DNA of 63,998 nt from an uncultured Gammaproteobacteria bacterium (GCA_964348825.1 CAYGDX010000005.1:1-63998); one strand, 5' to 3'; positions 35,911 through 45,824 are shown, counted from the first letter of the stretch. The notes: generated by a model from the letters alone, not told the origin. Numbers and translations: made by a program.

Positions 35911-36369
35911 ATGTTACCGCCAATTGAATTTAAGGTTTGCGGTCAAGGTGATAATCCAACTGCCTACAATGAGTGTGAGGAATTCATTAAAAAGTGGCAG
36001 AAAATCCTTAACATCCAAGAATGGGGAATAAAGCTAGGTTTTCTGAGTGGTATTGAAATTCATAGGTCTATGGGATCGGAGGATTACAACGCCTTATGTG
36101 AAAGGACATCAGAAAATAAATCTGCAGCGATAAGTATTAATGCAGAAAGTGAACAAATCAATAAAGACCTTGAAAGAACTTTGATTCATGAGCTATTACA
36201 CATTGTATTCGATGACTATCAAACGGTTGTCGAGCTTGCTGTTAAAGATGATTACGCACGTAAAATAATAAACCTAAAAATGGAACAAACGATCGAGAGT
36301 TTAGCAAAATCATTTGTGAATTTCATTAAGGAGAGTGAAGCTGATGGTAATGACAGCGTGGGACAATAG
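35911..36369 (+). CDS. Putative zinc metallopeptidase (HExxH)
   Basis: LIHELLHIVFDD motif; starts 1 nt after the portal stop. Confidence 0.5.
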   Translation: MLPPIEFKVCGQGDNPTAYNECEEFIKKWQKILNIQEWGIKLGFLSGIEIHRSMGSEDYNALCERTSENKSAAISINAESEQINKDLERTLIHELLHIVFDDYQTVVELAVKDDYARKIINLKMEQTIESLAKSFVNFIKESEADGNDSVGQ

Positions 36370-36484
36370 CAAGGATTTTGTTTATGAACTTGAACCCATA
36401 GATTTCCATGAGATAGAAAGTGTAAGCAGGAGCGAAGAGATTTTACTTAGGGTTATTTGGGATATGAAGAAGGGGAAGTGTTAA
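36344..36484 (+). CDS. Small hypothetical protein (46 aa)
   Basis: Hand translated; bridges the gap between neighbours. Confidence 0.3.
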   Translation: MVMTAWDNSKDFVYELEPIDFHEIESVSRSEEILLRVIWDMKKGKC

Positions 36485-36486
36485 TT

Positions 36487-36849
36487 ATGTTGATTTTATC
36501 AACTATTCAAAAAAGAGAGAAACTAAATGATGTTTATGCGGTCGATGAAAAGGGGAATGGTGGAGCGTACCATAACTATGAAATTCAATGTAGCCCCAAT
36601 CGAGATGAAGAGATACACGAAATAATATTCCAAAACGGTGCAAGGAAGTTAGAAAATTCAACTACTGGAATATTAGATACTGACTTGCTTGAAATCGTTA
36701 GACACAGACTCCAATGCTTTCAACAAGGCGAATTCTCTTCGAGGGAAAATGCGGTAGCCTTAACCCATATTGAAGAGGCATTAATGTGGATGAATCGCAG
36801 AGTCGAGGATAGAATCGAACGAAACGTGTTAGGGACAAATAACAAATGA
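36487..36849 (+). CDS. Conserved phage protein of unknown function
   Basis: GGAYHNYEI...FQNG...[40 protein letters not shown] pattern seen in many phages. Confidence 0.55.
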   Translation: MLILSTIQKREKLNDVYAVDEKGNGGAYHNYEIQCSPNRDEEIHEIIFQNGARKLENSTTGILDTDLLEIVRHRLQCFQQGEFSSRENAVALTHIEEALMWMNRRVEDRIERNVLGTNNK

Positions 36850-36995
36850 TTAATGCAAAAATGTGTAGCGGTCCATGCAATTCGGATGCTGATGACTATT
36901 GCGGAATGTATCTCGAAGGTGAAGAGTGTCCTGCCTGTGCCGCGATTAAAAAATCCGACCACGTTTCAACCGTGGACGAAATAAACGCCAACTGA
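36846..36995 (+). CDS. Small Cys-rich protein (49 aa)
   Basis: Hand translated; ATGA overlap with the previous gene. Confidence 0.4.
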   Translation: MINAKMCSGPCNSDADDYCGMYLEGEECPACAAIKKSDHVSTVDEINAN

Positions 36996-36996
36996 C

Positions 36997-37019
36997 GAAC
37001 CGAAAGGTTCTTATTTTTT
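36997..37019 (+). terminator. Intrinsic terminator
   Basis: GAACC-GAAA-GGTTC followed by TTATTTTTT. Confidence 0.7.
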
Positions 37020-37049
37020 ATCCATTTTCATGTGAAGGGTGGTGAGAAC

Positions 37050-37169
37050 ATGAAAGACAAAATGAAAATTCCTCAAAACTCTGCAGGTTACATCAAGGCT
37101 ACCAACATGGACAAAAAGAATTCCAAACCTGTGAAGAAAACTGGTAAAGACCTTCGTTCTGGCAAGTAA
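37050..37169 (+). CDS. Small lysine-rich peptide (39 aa)
   Basis: Hand-translated MKDKMKIPQNSAGYIKATNMDKKNSKPVKKTGKDLRSGK. GGTGGTGAG SD. Bracketed by two terminators. Confidence 0.45.
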   Translation: MKDKMKIPQNSAGYIKATNMDKKNSKPVKKTGKDLRSGK

Positions 37170-37184
37170 TCAATCTTTTTAAAA

Positions 37185-37210
37185 GGCGGGCAATGCGACC
37201 CGTCTTTCCT
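37185..37210 (+). terminator. Weak intrinsic terminator
   Basis: GGCGGG-N8-CCCGTC followed by TTTCCTT. Confidence 0.45.
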
Positions 37211-37290
37211 TATGCCTAGTTTGAGGCATGGGTTCATCCTCCTAATGGATGCAATACGTTGGCGAACGGAAACGCAAAAGGAGATTTACG

Positions 37291-38190
37291 ATGTTTATTT
37301 TCAACCTAAGACACTTACGTCCAATGATGGATGAGCTAGATAGTAGCGGAGGTGGGGAAGTCGCTACAACCCAAGAGACAACTTCAACAGAATCAACCAC
37401 AGATACCTCTACTAGCACATCGACAGAATCCACAGAGTCTACTACAGACCAAAGTGAAGGAACGACTGATGTAGCCACAGAGGTAGACACAAAACCAAAG
37501 CAAACTCCCGAGCAAGACAGAGCGTATGCCGAGCTTAGGCGTAAAGCAGAAGCGGCAGAACGACGAGCCATTGAACTCGAAGGGCAAAGACAAAGGGATG
37601 CACAGATAGCTCGAAAGTTCGGGCAATACGGCGTGTTCTCGGATGCTGATGTTGCGGAGAAGTATGGGGAGTCTCATGGGATTAAGACTGTAGCAGAGTT
37701 TGAAGAAACCCTACAGCGACAGGAATATGAAGCTAAGGGCATTGACCCCGACATGATTAAAAAGATTGTAGATGAACATCCCGCAATCAAGCAAGCACAG
37801 GCAGAGAAACAAGCACTCGCCAAAGAAAGGGAAGATAACTTTTTAGTTAGTTCGTTTGATGAGCTAAAGAAAGAGTATTCCGATGTCAAGAGTGTCGATG
37901 ATGTTCCTGCTGAGGTTTGGGCGTTGTGGAAGCAAGGTAGTACAGGGTTGACACTGAATCAAGCATACCTCGTTGTGAATCACAAGAGTATTTCGACGAA
38001 GCAAGCAGAGGCGGCCAAACAGGCGGCACTTAACAACATTCAGTCGAAGGATCATGTTAGGGGAAATGGCAAGGGAACCGAGACTGATACAACTAGGATT
38101 CCGGATGATGTTATGGAAATGTACAAGAGATTTAATCCGGGTAAGACAATGGATGAGTACAAGAAGCATTATAAAGCTTCAACGAAATAA
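37291..38190 (+). CDS. Scaffolding protein
   Basis: S/T/E/D-rich N-terminus, long charged helical body, position before the capsid gene. ATG after AAAGGAG. Confidence 0.65.
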   Translation: MFIFNLRHLRPMMDELDSSGGGEVATTQETTSTESTTDTSTSTSTESTESTTDQSEGTTDVATEVDTKPKQTPEQDRAYAELRRKAEAAERRAIELEGQRQRDAQIARKFGQYGVFSDADVAEKYGESHGIKTVAEFEETLQRQEYEAKGIDPDMIKKIVDEHPAIKQAQAEKQALAKEREDNFLVSSFDELKKEYSDVKSVDDVPAEVWALWKQGSTGLTLNQAYLVVNHKSISTKQAEAAKQAALNNIQSKDHVRGNGKGTETDTTRIPDDVMEMYKRFNPGKTMDEYKKHYKASTK

Positions 38191-38198
38191 GGAGATGA

Positions 38199-38606
38199 AT
38201 GACAATGGCATTTAAAGTAGTGGGTGGTCTTAATGGGACCCAAGCACCTTTTGAGTATTTTCTTTTAACTGATAATGAGGGGGCTACCCTTGGTGAAGCA
38301 TTATCTCAAACATCCGGCAGATTGACAAAGTGTGCAGCTACCGGAGTACCGGAGTTTATTGCAATGGCAAGTAGAACCGCAGAATCAACTTCTGTTACAC
38401 CATTGCCCGTTATCCGAGTAACTGAGTTGTTGGAGTTTTCCACACAGAGCATGGCGACTGTGGCGGTCACGTTGATTGGTACTAAGGTTACTTTGCACAC
38501 CGATGGGCTTTTGACTACGGCCACAACCTCTAGTGGTGTGTTTGAGATTAGTGCGACCGACGGGGCGACTACAACCTCCAATATCAAGGGATATTTCAGA
38601 CGCTAA
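38199..38606 (+). CDS. Putative head structural or decoration protein
   Basis: 135-aa T/A/G-rich beta-type protein between scaffold and capsid. Confidence 0.45.
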   Translation: MTMAFKVVGGLNGTQAPFEYFLLTDNEGATLGEALSQTSGRLTKCAATGVPEFIAMASRTAESTSVTPLPVIRVTELLEFSTQSMATVAVTLIGTKVTLHTDGLLTTATTSSGVFEISATDGATTTSNIKGYFRR

Positions 38607-38680
38607 GTTAATTGAATTGGTGATGGACTTCTCGAAATGAGGGGTCCTTTTTTGATTGAAATTTTAAGGAGTGAAGGATA

Positions 38681-39682
38681 ATGATTTTTAGCAAAGCTAG
38701 TGGAGTGAATGATTCTATTTTTGGAAAGAGCCAGGAGCCTATCAAAATGATGCTCGAACAACAAGAAGAGGCATTTCAAAAAATGTCTATTATTGACAAG
38801 GTGTTCTACATGGACGAGACAAAGGACTTTGCCAATAAGTACACCATCGAAACATCTTTAGGTAACTTTAGCCCGGTCGGTGAAAATGGTAAGTACCCTG
38901 AATCCACCTTCCAAGAGGGATACAGCAAGACCATTGAACCCGAGACTTGGAAGAATCAATTCTCTGTTACTCAAGAAATGGTGGAAGATGCTAAGTTCGG
39001 TAAGGTCAAGAGTCGTGCTTCTGCCTTCATGCTTTCCTACAATCGGACAAAGGAACTTTTTGCGGCTGGCATTATAAACAAAGGAAATGCAACCACAATG
39101 ACTTTCATGGGCAAGAACTTTGATATCTCTGGAGCTGATGGTAAGGCTATGTTTGCGACTGACCATCCTTCCATTACCGGAGGGACAGGGACGCAATCCA
39201 ATCTCTATGATGCAGCGTTCTCGTATGATAACTTGAATTATCTTGAAGAAAAAGCACATTATCTAACTGATGATGATGGCAACATTTTGAGCGTGACTCC
39301 CGACACTATCATCATTCCCGACAAGGCCTCTATCAAGAAGTTGGTGTTCGAGGCAATTGGCTCCGAGCTTAATCCCACCACGGCGAACAATGGGATTAAC
39401 GTGAACGCTTCTAGGTGGAACGTGATCATCTCGCCATATCTTACAGCATTCGCCGGAACAACTAGTGGGCTTGACACATGGTTCATTATGGACTCTGCCT
39501 TCAACGAAGCATATCAAGCTCTTATTTGGTTGGATCGTATTCCATTAACCACAAAGAGTTATATCAACGACAATGATGATTCCAACGTGTTTGCCGGTCG
39601 CTCACGCTACAGTGCGGGTATCAATAATTTCCGCACTATTCTTTGTGGCGCACCTGGTCTTTCTGGAGCATCAAGCTTCTAA
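38681..39682 (+). CDS. Major capsid protein
   Basis: 333 aa, strong SD (AAGGAG), position after the scaffold, terminator-like hairpin before it. Confidence 0.65.
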   Translation: MIFSKASGVNDSIFGKSQEPIKMMLEQQEEAFQKMSIIDKVFYMDETKDFANKYTIETSLGNFSPVGENGKYPESTFQEGYSKTIEPETWKNQFSVTQEMVEDAKFGKVKSRASAFMLSYNRTKELFAAGIINKGNATTMTFMGKNFDISGADGKAMFATDHPSITGGTGTQSNLYDAAFSYDNLNYLEEKAHYLTDDDGNILSVTPDTIIIPDKASIKKLVFEAIGSELNPTTANNGINVNASRWNVIISPYLTAFAGTTSGLDTWFIMDSAFNEAYQALIWLDRIPLTTKSYINDNDDSNVFAGRSRYSAGINNFRTILCGAPGLSGASSF

Positions 39683-39735
39683 TCAACTAGGCGGGTAGAA
39701 ATACTCGCCTTACTCTATTTTGAGGAGGCATAAAC

Positions 39736-40203
39736 ATGACTGTGGGAGTTAGTAATTTTACCATTGTAGACGCAGATTCTTTTTCTATGGGAGGCGTACC
39801 AATAACGGCATCGGCGACTGAGCTAAATCGTTCAATGAAAAAGGTAACTGGAGCATTAGCAGCCGTTGATACTGGTGGCGGTATTTTCTCTTGGGCAAAC
39901 CCCGAGACAGGAGCAATCTTAGTCCATCATGTGGTACTAAACGTCACCACCAAGACTACTGGTGCTTGCTCAATTGACGTTGGAACTACTGCCACAAGTG
40001 CAACAACTTCGAGCGACACTTTAATCGACGGTAAGGATATCGCCGCTGCAACAGGCATTTTCACCAACGATGAATCGGCAGGAACAAACGGTAAGCCATT
40101 CAAACGCCTAGCATCCGGCAAATGGGTAACAGGTTCGATGGTGGCCGGTGGTGCAACTGCCGGACTAGTCGGAACATACGAAATCTATTACACAGCACTT
40201 TAA
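39736..40203 (+). CDS. Putative capsid accessory or structural protein
   Basis: 155 aa, G/T/A-rich, GAGGAGG SD. Confidence 0.5.
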   Translation: MTVGVSNFTIVDADSFSMGGVPITASATELNRSMKKVTGALAAVDTGGGIFSWANPETGAILVHHVVLNVTTKTTGACSIDVGTTATSATTSSDTLIDGKDIAAATGIFTNDESAGTNGKPFKRLASGKWVTGSMVAGGATAGLVGTYEIYYTAL

Positions 40204-40242
40204 TTGGGGGCCTTCGGGCCTCTTTTCTTTTGGAGGTAAATT

Positions 40243-40620
40243 ATGAGAGAAGAACAACTTGATCTTAGCACAACCGAACGTCAACTACTCTTTGACATTC
40301 GCTCAGAAATGCGAATTAATAACGAACTATTAACCCAACTTCTCAAAGTTCTGCATCCGATAGCTAGGGATACAGTACAAGCGGAAGAATCAAAGGAGGG
40401 ATTACCCCATGGCACATTGCCCATTAGCAAAGGAAGTTCTAGTGGTGGGAACGCTAGTCGCAACGGCACAGAGCATAGCGGTAAACGGAAGACCGTGCAT
40501 GATAAGCAACACAGGAGCACAACCTCTGTACTTTCATCCGACGACAACAGCAACGGCGGCAAACGGGTTTCTGGTTCCGGCAGGAACACTACTGCAAATA
40601 AAATTCTCAGTAAAAAATAA
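40243..40620 (+). CDS. Hypothetical protein with disordered basic tail, overlapping the next gene
   Basis: GGAGG SD. First about 55 aa look helical, the rest is S/G/N/K-rich. 212-nt out-of-frame overlap with 40409..40681. Confidence 0.35.
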   Translation: MREEQLDLSTTERQLLFDIRSEMRINNELLTQLLKVLHPIARDTVQAEESKEGLPHGTLPISKGSSSGGNASRNGTEHSGKRKTVHDKQHRSTTSVLSSDDNSNGGKRVSGSGRNTTANKILSKK

Positions 40621-40681
40621 CTTATCGGTTTTATCTAACGCAACAGGCACAAGTTGTGCTGTGTTGATTTTAGATATTTAG
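40409..40681 (+). CDS. Small beta-rich structural protein
   Basis: AGGAGG 9 nt upstream of the ATG; plausible globular composition. Confidence 0.55.
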   Translation: MAHCPLAKEVLVVGTLVATAQSIAVNGRPCMISNTGAQPLYFHPTTTATAANGFLVPAGTLLQIKFSVKNNLSVLSNATGTSCAVLILDI

Positions 40682-40693
40682 GAGGAGGTGTAA

Positions 40694-41284
40694 ATGAATG
40701 TTGCAGAGCTTAGAAAGTTTTCGTTAAAACTTGCAAACTCTTTTTCTGCCGATGGGGTGGAGCTTCCTGCCTCGGATATTTCAGATTTCAAACTTGCCTT
40801 TTTGGACTTCCTTAATACAGCTCAAGAAAAGTTTGCCGAAAAGGATAAGATAGAGGATTCAACGACAATTGTTCAAGCTCCATTGGATGTTGGTGTTGAT
40901 CCAAGTCTTGTGCTAAATCCTTTGCCGGATGATTTTGTGGAAATGAATAAGGTTGTATTTCTTGATAGTTATGGTAATCGAGGATTGTTCAATGACTATT
41001 CAATAGAGATGGAGAACATAGTCATTAGCTCTGATTATGAGGGAACATTTACAATTTATTATTTTAAACGTCCTGTCGATCTTGTGCTTGATACGGATGT
41101 CCCTCAAATACGTCCACAGCATCACCGAAAATTGGCCTATTATTGTGCTGGGGAATGGCTTTTTTCTACTGGGACTCAAAACGCTGGCTTAGTTTATCTC
41201 AATCGTTTTGATAGTTTCTTGACGGAAATGAAGCCTAGTGTTCAAGATTGTGGGAGTGGGATTTCTAATGAAACTGGATGGTAA
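40694..41284 (+). CDS. Putative head-tail adaptor or structural protein
   Basis: 196 aa, AGGAGGAGG SD, position. Confidence 0.5.
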   Translation: MNVAELRKFSLKLANSFSADGVELPASDISDFKLAFLDFLNTAQEKFAEKDKIEDSTTIVQAPLDVGVDPSLVLNPLPDDFVEMNKVVFLDSYGNRGLFNDYSIEMENIVISSDYEGTFTIYYFKRPVDLVLDTDVPQIRPQHHRKLAYYCAGEWLFSTGTQNAGLVYLNRFDSFLTEMKPSVQDCGSGISNETGW

Positions 41285-41358
41285 ATAGACCTAAAATATG
41301 GAGTCCAACAATTAGCACTCATGTGAGTGCTAATCTTATGCCCGAAAGGAGGCAGGCT

Positions 41359-43182
41359 ATGGCACAGGTTCGTATTCCAAAGTTCCCTAACACTTCTCGC
41401 AGCTTAACTTATAATGACTTTTCTGGCGGGCTTAATTTCCGGTCAAACCCTAGCTTAATAAAAGCTAACCAGTCTCCCGAGATGCAGAATTGTAGGATCA
41501 GAGATTCGACTTTATCCAAAAGACCTGGCTACTCACGCCTATACCCAACTAGCTTAGGTGCGGGTAAGATTAATGGAGTTTCGCCCTACATCAAAGCATC
41601 GGGAACCAAATATAGACTCATAGCTCACGGAACAAAACTCTATACCCAATCTGCGAATGGCCAACCTGTCGAGATTAAGAGTGGCCTAGCAAATGCTAAG
41701 GCTTCTTTTTTTATTCTCTCCGACACGCTCTATATGAAGAATGGAACTGACTACATCTCCTTTGATGGTACAACGGTAGCGACTGTTGTAACAGTCGCCT
41801 ATTACCCCCTAGTCCTTACCGGCAGAAGTCCAACAGGCTCCCCGAACGCAGGAACGACCAACGAGCGATTCAATCTCTTGTCTGCAGGGTTTCGTATTGC
41901 TTTTAGCTCTACAGGCTCAGGAACGGATTACACGCTTCCTTACACATCCTTGGATGCAACAGCTATTACAGCAGTAGTCAATGGCGTGGCGATGGTCGAA
42001 ACAACTAACTTTACAGTAAACCGAACAACAGGTGTAGTCACCTTTTTAGTAACTCCAACTATCGGAACAAACAATGTCGTAATCACAGCATTTAAAGCAT
42101 CCTTAACTCATCCCGAATACATCCTCAACTGCACTATTGCCACCGTTTATGGAGGCAAAACAGAGGCAACCGTATTCCTTTCGGGCAATCCAAACTTCCC
42201 CGATTTGATATGGCACTCTCGTTTGTATGGCGAGAATTACAATGCAGACTACTTCCCGGATGATGCACTACAGAAAGTGCCGGGTAATGTCGCGGGGCTA
42301 GCTCATATCTTTGATTTGCTATATGTCAGCCATTCGAAGGGGCATGGTTACCTTTCGTATTTAGATGGCACAACATATCCGATTTTCCCTTATGCGGGTA
42401 TCAACCTTGAAAAAGGCTCAGACATAGCGGGCAGTATTCAAGAGGTCGATAATTCCGTTATATGTGCTTCTACCTCAAATGGAGCTATGCAAGTCCTCTC
42501 AAACACCACCGTCAACAATCGCTTATCAGTCAACGACATTAGCGACCTAGTGAATCAGTCGAAGTCTGGAAGAACAGATTTAGGGATTCTTATTCAGCCA
42601 AATTTAACAGGAGCAATTAGCTACAACTTTGATGGTTATTATGGATTATGTGTCAATAATGTCTGTTATGTGTGGGACTACAAGCTCAACGCATGGCTTT
42701 ACGACACAAACATTCCTGCATCCTGTTTTGCGGTAATTGACAACACGTTATGCTTTGGCAGTAACACAATTGGAATGGTCTATCAGTTTGATCCGTTATT
42801 AGCAAATGATGATGGCGTAGCAATTGACGCTTGGTATGACACAAAGGAAGATAATGCAGGAACCCCAAATAAGGTCAAGGTCGTAAATCGAGTTAATCTT
42901 ATTGCCAAACCATTGAACAGGGGTTCAGTTGAAGTGACATTTCGTTCACGCAGAAGTAATGGCGTTATTGCATTGAATATGCAGACGAGTGCATTTAGTT
43001 TTGTCGGTTTCAACTTTGTAAATTTCACGTTTAATACTTCTTTCTTCCCTGTTTTAAAACGAAAGAGAATGTCAAAAAGGGCGAACTATTTTCAATTTAG
43101 ATTTCAGAATGATGTTTTGGACGAGGGGATGTCGGTCATCAGTCTTGAGGTCGAGTACGATAGCGGATCGGAGGTTAGATAA
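41359..43182 (+). CDS. Large tail structural protein
   Basis: ATG 41359 after AAAGGAGG. YNDFSGGLN N-terminal motif. Beta-rich, 607 aa. Confidence 0.55.
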   Translation: MAQVRIPKFPNTSRSLTYNDFSGGLNFRSNPSLIKANQSPEMQNCRIRDSTLSKRPGYSRLYPTSLGAGKINGVSPYIKASGTKYRLIAHGTKLYTQSANGQPVEIKSGLANAKASFFILSDTLYMKNGTDYISFDGTTVATVVTVAYYPLVLTGRSPTGSPNAGTTNERFNLLSAGFRIAFSSTGSGTDYTLPYTSLDATAITAVVNGVAMVETTNFTVNRTTGVVTFLVTPTIGTNNVVITAFKASLTHPEYILNCTIATVYGGKTEATVFLSGNPNFPDLIWHSRLYGENYNADYFPDDALQKVPGNVAGLAHIFDLLYVSHSKGHGYLSYLDGTTYPIFPYAGINLEKGSDIAGSIQEVDNSVICASTSNGAMQVLSNTTVNNRLSVNDISDLVNQSKSGRTDLGILIQPNLTGAISYNFDGYYGLCVNNVCYVWDYKLNAWLYDTNIPASCFAVIDNTLCFGSNTIGMVYQFDPLLANDDGVAIDAWYDTKEDNAGTPNKVKVVNRVNLIAKPLNRGSVEVTFRSRRSNGVIALNMQTSAFSFVGFNFVNFTFNTSFFPVLKRKRMSKRANYFQFRFQNDVLDEGMSVISLEVEYDSGSEVR

Positions 43183-43829
43183 TGGCTTTTCCAACGAAAG
43201 ACACGTTTACATTTGATTTTGAAACACAGGCAGATTATCCGAGTTGGACTCCCGAACAAACTAAGGAATACCTTAATGCTAGGGGAGAAGAATTAAGATT
43301 AGCCTTAAATGCTGTAGCTAATTTGCTTAATGCGACAACTAGCGATGTTAGTGGAGCAGATAATTTAGGCATACCAGAAACAGTGGCAGGTAGCGGAACG
43401 AATGTTAGGGATAGGGCCGATTGGTTGTATGCTCTGATTATTAACGCTGTCTTAGGGCAAATACCCGATAATTCCCTTACTGTCGCTAAGTTAGCATTTG
43501 ACCCTGCTACACAGGAAGAATTGGATACCCATTTAAACGATGCTGCACCACATAATATGACCTTCCTTAAAGCTGAAACTGGTTATCAAAAATTACCTAG
43601 TGGCATAATTATGCAATGGGGTTACGTTGTATCTAGTGCAACTCCCAACACCTTTGCTTTTTATGATTTCCCCACACCTTTTCCGAATGCGTTATTCGCG
43701 GTTTCGGCCCTTGGTGATGGCTCTTTATCCACTGCAACAATAGTACAAGGTGGGGGATCGGCAACTCAAGTTGCTCTAGTTTGCAATATAGCAAGTCAAC
43801 CTATTCGTTATATTGCATTTGGTCATTGA
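43182..43829 (+). CDS. Tail fibre / receptor-binding protein
   Basis: C-terminal GYQKLPSGIIMQWGYV...FPTPFPNALFAVSA resembles the gp53-like tail fibre C-domain. Confidence 0.6.
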   Translation: MAFPTKDTFTFDFETQADYPSWTPEQTKEYLNARGEELRLALNAVANLLNATTSDVSGADNLGIPETVAGSGTNVRDRADWLYALIINAVLGQIPDNSLTVAKLAFDPATQEELDTHLNDAAPHNMTFLKAETGYQKLPSGIIMQWGYVVSSATPNTFAFYDFPTPFPNALFAVSALGDGSLSTATIVQGGGSATQVALVCNIASQPIRYIAFGH

Positions 43830-43853
43830 AAAAAATGGATAATATGGTATAAT
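43826..43853 (+). promoter_or_regulatory. Sigma-A-type promoter of a moron
   Basis: TTGAAA, 16-nt spacer, TGgTATAAT. Confidence 0.55.
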
Positions 43854-43878
43854 TGTTGCGTAAATTGGAGGGATTTTT

Positions 43879-44628
43879 ATGAAAAGACTTTTCACCTTGC
43901 CATTAACCTTAATGGTTATGCTACTCTTTACTGTATCTGCCCTTGGCGTTACTGGGTGGTATCAATCGTCGATATGGTCAAAAGTAGAGAATCAGAGTCT
44001 ATCATTCATTGGTGGAACTGTTAGACAAGAGGAAAGCGGAACATGGTTTGTTCAAAATGACACTCAGCATACTTCCTTAAACATTAGTTCTGCTGAAGTT
44101 TTAAACGGGAAGGTAAGGCTTAATTTTCAATCAAACATTAACAAAGTAATATCTTTAATTGTTACACCCGACGATTATTTAGCGAAAAAAGGCTATGTGG
44201 TAAGCGGATCTTCTGTCGGGATATCTGCAGCAGAGTTTAGCGTTGGAAGAATGCTGAATGTATACGGTGGAGTTAGTTATAGCCCTTCGACAGGTTCATG
44301 GAATCTGTCATATCAAAACTCTAATGAATATACCCTAAGATTAGAGCAACTATCAGACGGAGTATTAAGAGTATGGCATAATGATAATTTTGGACTAATA
44401 CCCACGCAACTAACGGCAAGGGACGGGGGATATACCCCGAAGTTATATCTTTTTGACCCTTATTACTTTGATGTAAGATTCTATGATGATTCCGGGAACC
44501 TTGTAACAACCTTTGACCAAAAGTGCAACTTTCTCTTTAATCGTTCGGGGTACAGATTAGTTGATGTAACCACAGAGAGATTTCCTCCAGACGGAAACTT
44601 TTGGATTATGGGAGTAATGGAAATGTAG
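43879..44628 (+). CDS. Secreted protein (moron) with signal peptide
   Basis: MKRLFTLPLTLMVMLLFTVSALG signal peptide. Own promoter and terminator inside the tail module. Confidence 0.65.
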   Translation: MKRLFTLPLTLMVMLLFTVSALGVTGWYQSSIWSKVENQSLSFIGGTVRQEESGTWFVQNDTQHTSLNISSAEVLNGKVRLNFQSNINKVISLIVTPDDYLAKKGYVVSGSSVGISAAEFSVGRMLNVYGGVSYSPSTGSWNLSYQNSNEYTLRLEQLSDGVLRVWHNDNFGLIPTQLTARDGGYTPKLYLFDPYYFDVRFYDDSGNLVTTFDQKCNFLFNRSGYRLVDVTTERFPPDGNFWIMGVMEM

Positions 44629-44658
44629 AGAATTTAAGAATAAAAACAACTAATCATG

Positions 44659-44685
44659 GGACTTCTTAGTGAGGTCCTTTTTCTT
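44659..44685 (+). terminator. Intrinsic terminator after the moron
   Basis: 7-bp stem GGACTTC / GAGGTCC followed by TTTTTCTT. Confidence 0.55.
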
Positions 44686-44709
44686 ATTCCCTAAGAAGGA
44701 GTTGATTAA

Positions 44710-45777
44710 ATGTCAGTATATGACCAAATATCTGACGGAACATTAAGAACTAACTACGAGATTACTGACAGAATCGCGGCTAATTTACAAGCTGCAAGCG
44801 ACAGGGCAACCGCAAATGAAAATGCTGGCTATGCTGGGATTAGTGGTGCTACTCAAAGATTAGGTGATGACAGTAAAGGAACATCGTATATCGCCCCTGC
44901 TACAACCGCTACCCCATACACTACAACCGCAACCGCCGACACAGCCGAGCAAATCAGAAAAGCTCAAGCAGACGCAGAAGCCACAAGAAAGGCTCAAACG
45001 GATGCACTAAAAACAACCTATGGCGACCAACTAAAGGCAACCATTAGACCTTATGAAACGGCTAAGGCTGAGATACCAGGACAAGTAGCTACCTTTAATA
45101 ATCAAGCATCCAACAACGGAATGGTTAATGCTCAGAAAATCAGAAATACACTTTCTCAAATGGGGTTATTGCAATCGGGTGAATCGGCAAGCCAACAGCT
45201 CACAAACAATGTTGGTACAGCAAATAGTATCAACGCCAATAACCTCCAAGGTCAACAGCTTGAGACAGGGTATAACGACAAAATAGCAATGGCAACTGCA
45301 CAGAATGCCCTTGAGTTAAATAACGCTCTATTCAAGGTGGATCAACTTTCTCAAACCCTTGGCTTATCCCAAGCACAATTTGCGGCACAATTAGCTCAAC
45401 AGGGTGTCGATAATGCTTACAGGGATAAGGCTTTTGCTCAGTCTGCTAATCAATTTGCTCAACAGTTGGGCATGAGTCAACAGCAATATGCGAGTGGATT
45501 AGATCAGTGGGCTAAGACGTTTGCTCAACAACAAGCACAAGATACTTTCAATAACGGAATTAATGCTGGCAACTTAACGGGTTATGCTCCTAAAATTATC
45601 TCTGACCTTTACCCCAATATGTCGAATCCTAATTCTACAACCAAAACGTCGACTGCGACAGGATTACCTCCCGAGGTTGCTTCATCATTCCCGGGTGCAA
45701 CATTAATAAGTAGCAATAATGGGTCCTATAAATTCACTAACGCCAATGGCGATCTTGTTTATTATAGTGCGGGCTAA
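44710..45777 (+). CDS. Q/A/N-rich putative internal virion or ejection protein
   Basis: 355 aa, low-complexity helical, position before the giant protein. Confidence 0.5.
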   Translation: MSVYDQISDGTLRTNYEITDRIAANLQAASDRATANENAGYAGISGATQRLGDDSKGTSYIAPATTATPYTTTATADTAEQIRKAQADAEATRKAQTDALKTTYGDQLKATIRPYETAKAEIPGQVATFNNQASNNGMVNAQKIRNTLSQMGLLQSGESASQQLTNNVGTANSINANNLQGQQLETGYNDKIAMATAQNALELNNALFKVDQLSQTLGLSQAQFAAQLAQQGVDNAYRDKAFAQSANQFAQQLGMSQQQYASGLDQWAKTFAQQQAQDTFNNGINAGNLTGYAPKIISDLYPNMSNPNSTTKTSTATGLPPEVASSFPGATLISSNNGSYKFTNANGDLVYYSAG

Positions 45778-45824
45778 GAAAGGAGAGTTTTTAATAAGCT
45801 CTCTTTTCTTATGTCTCAGAAAGG

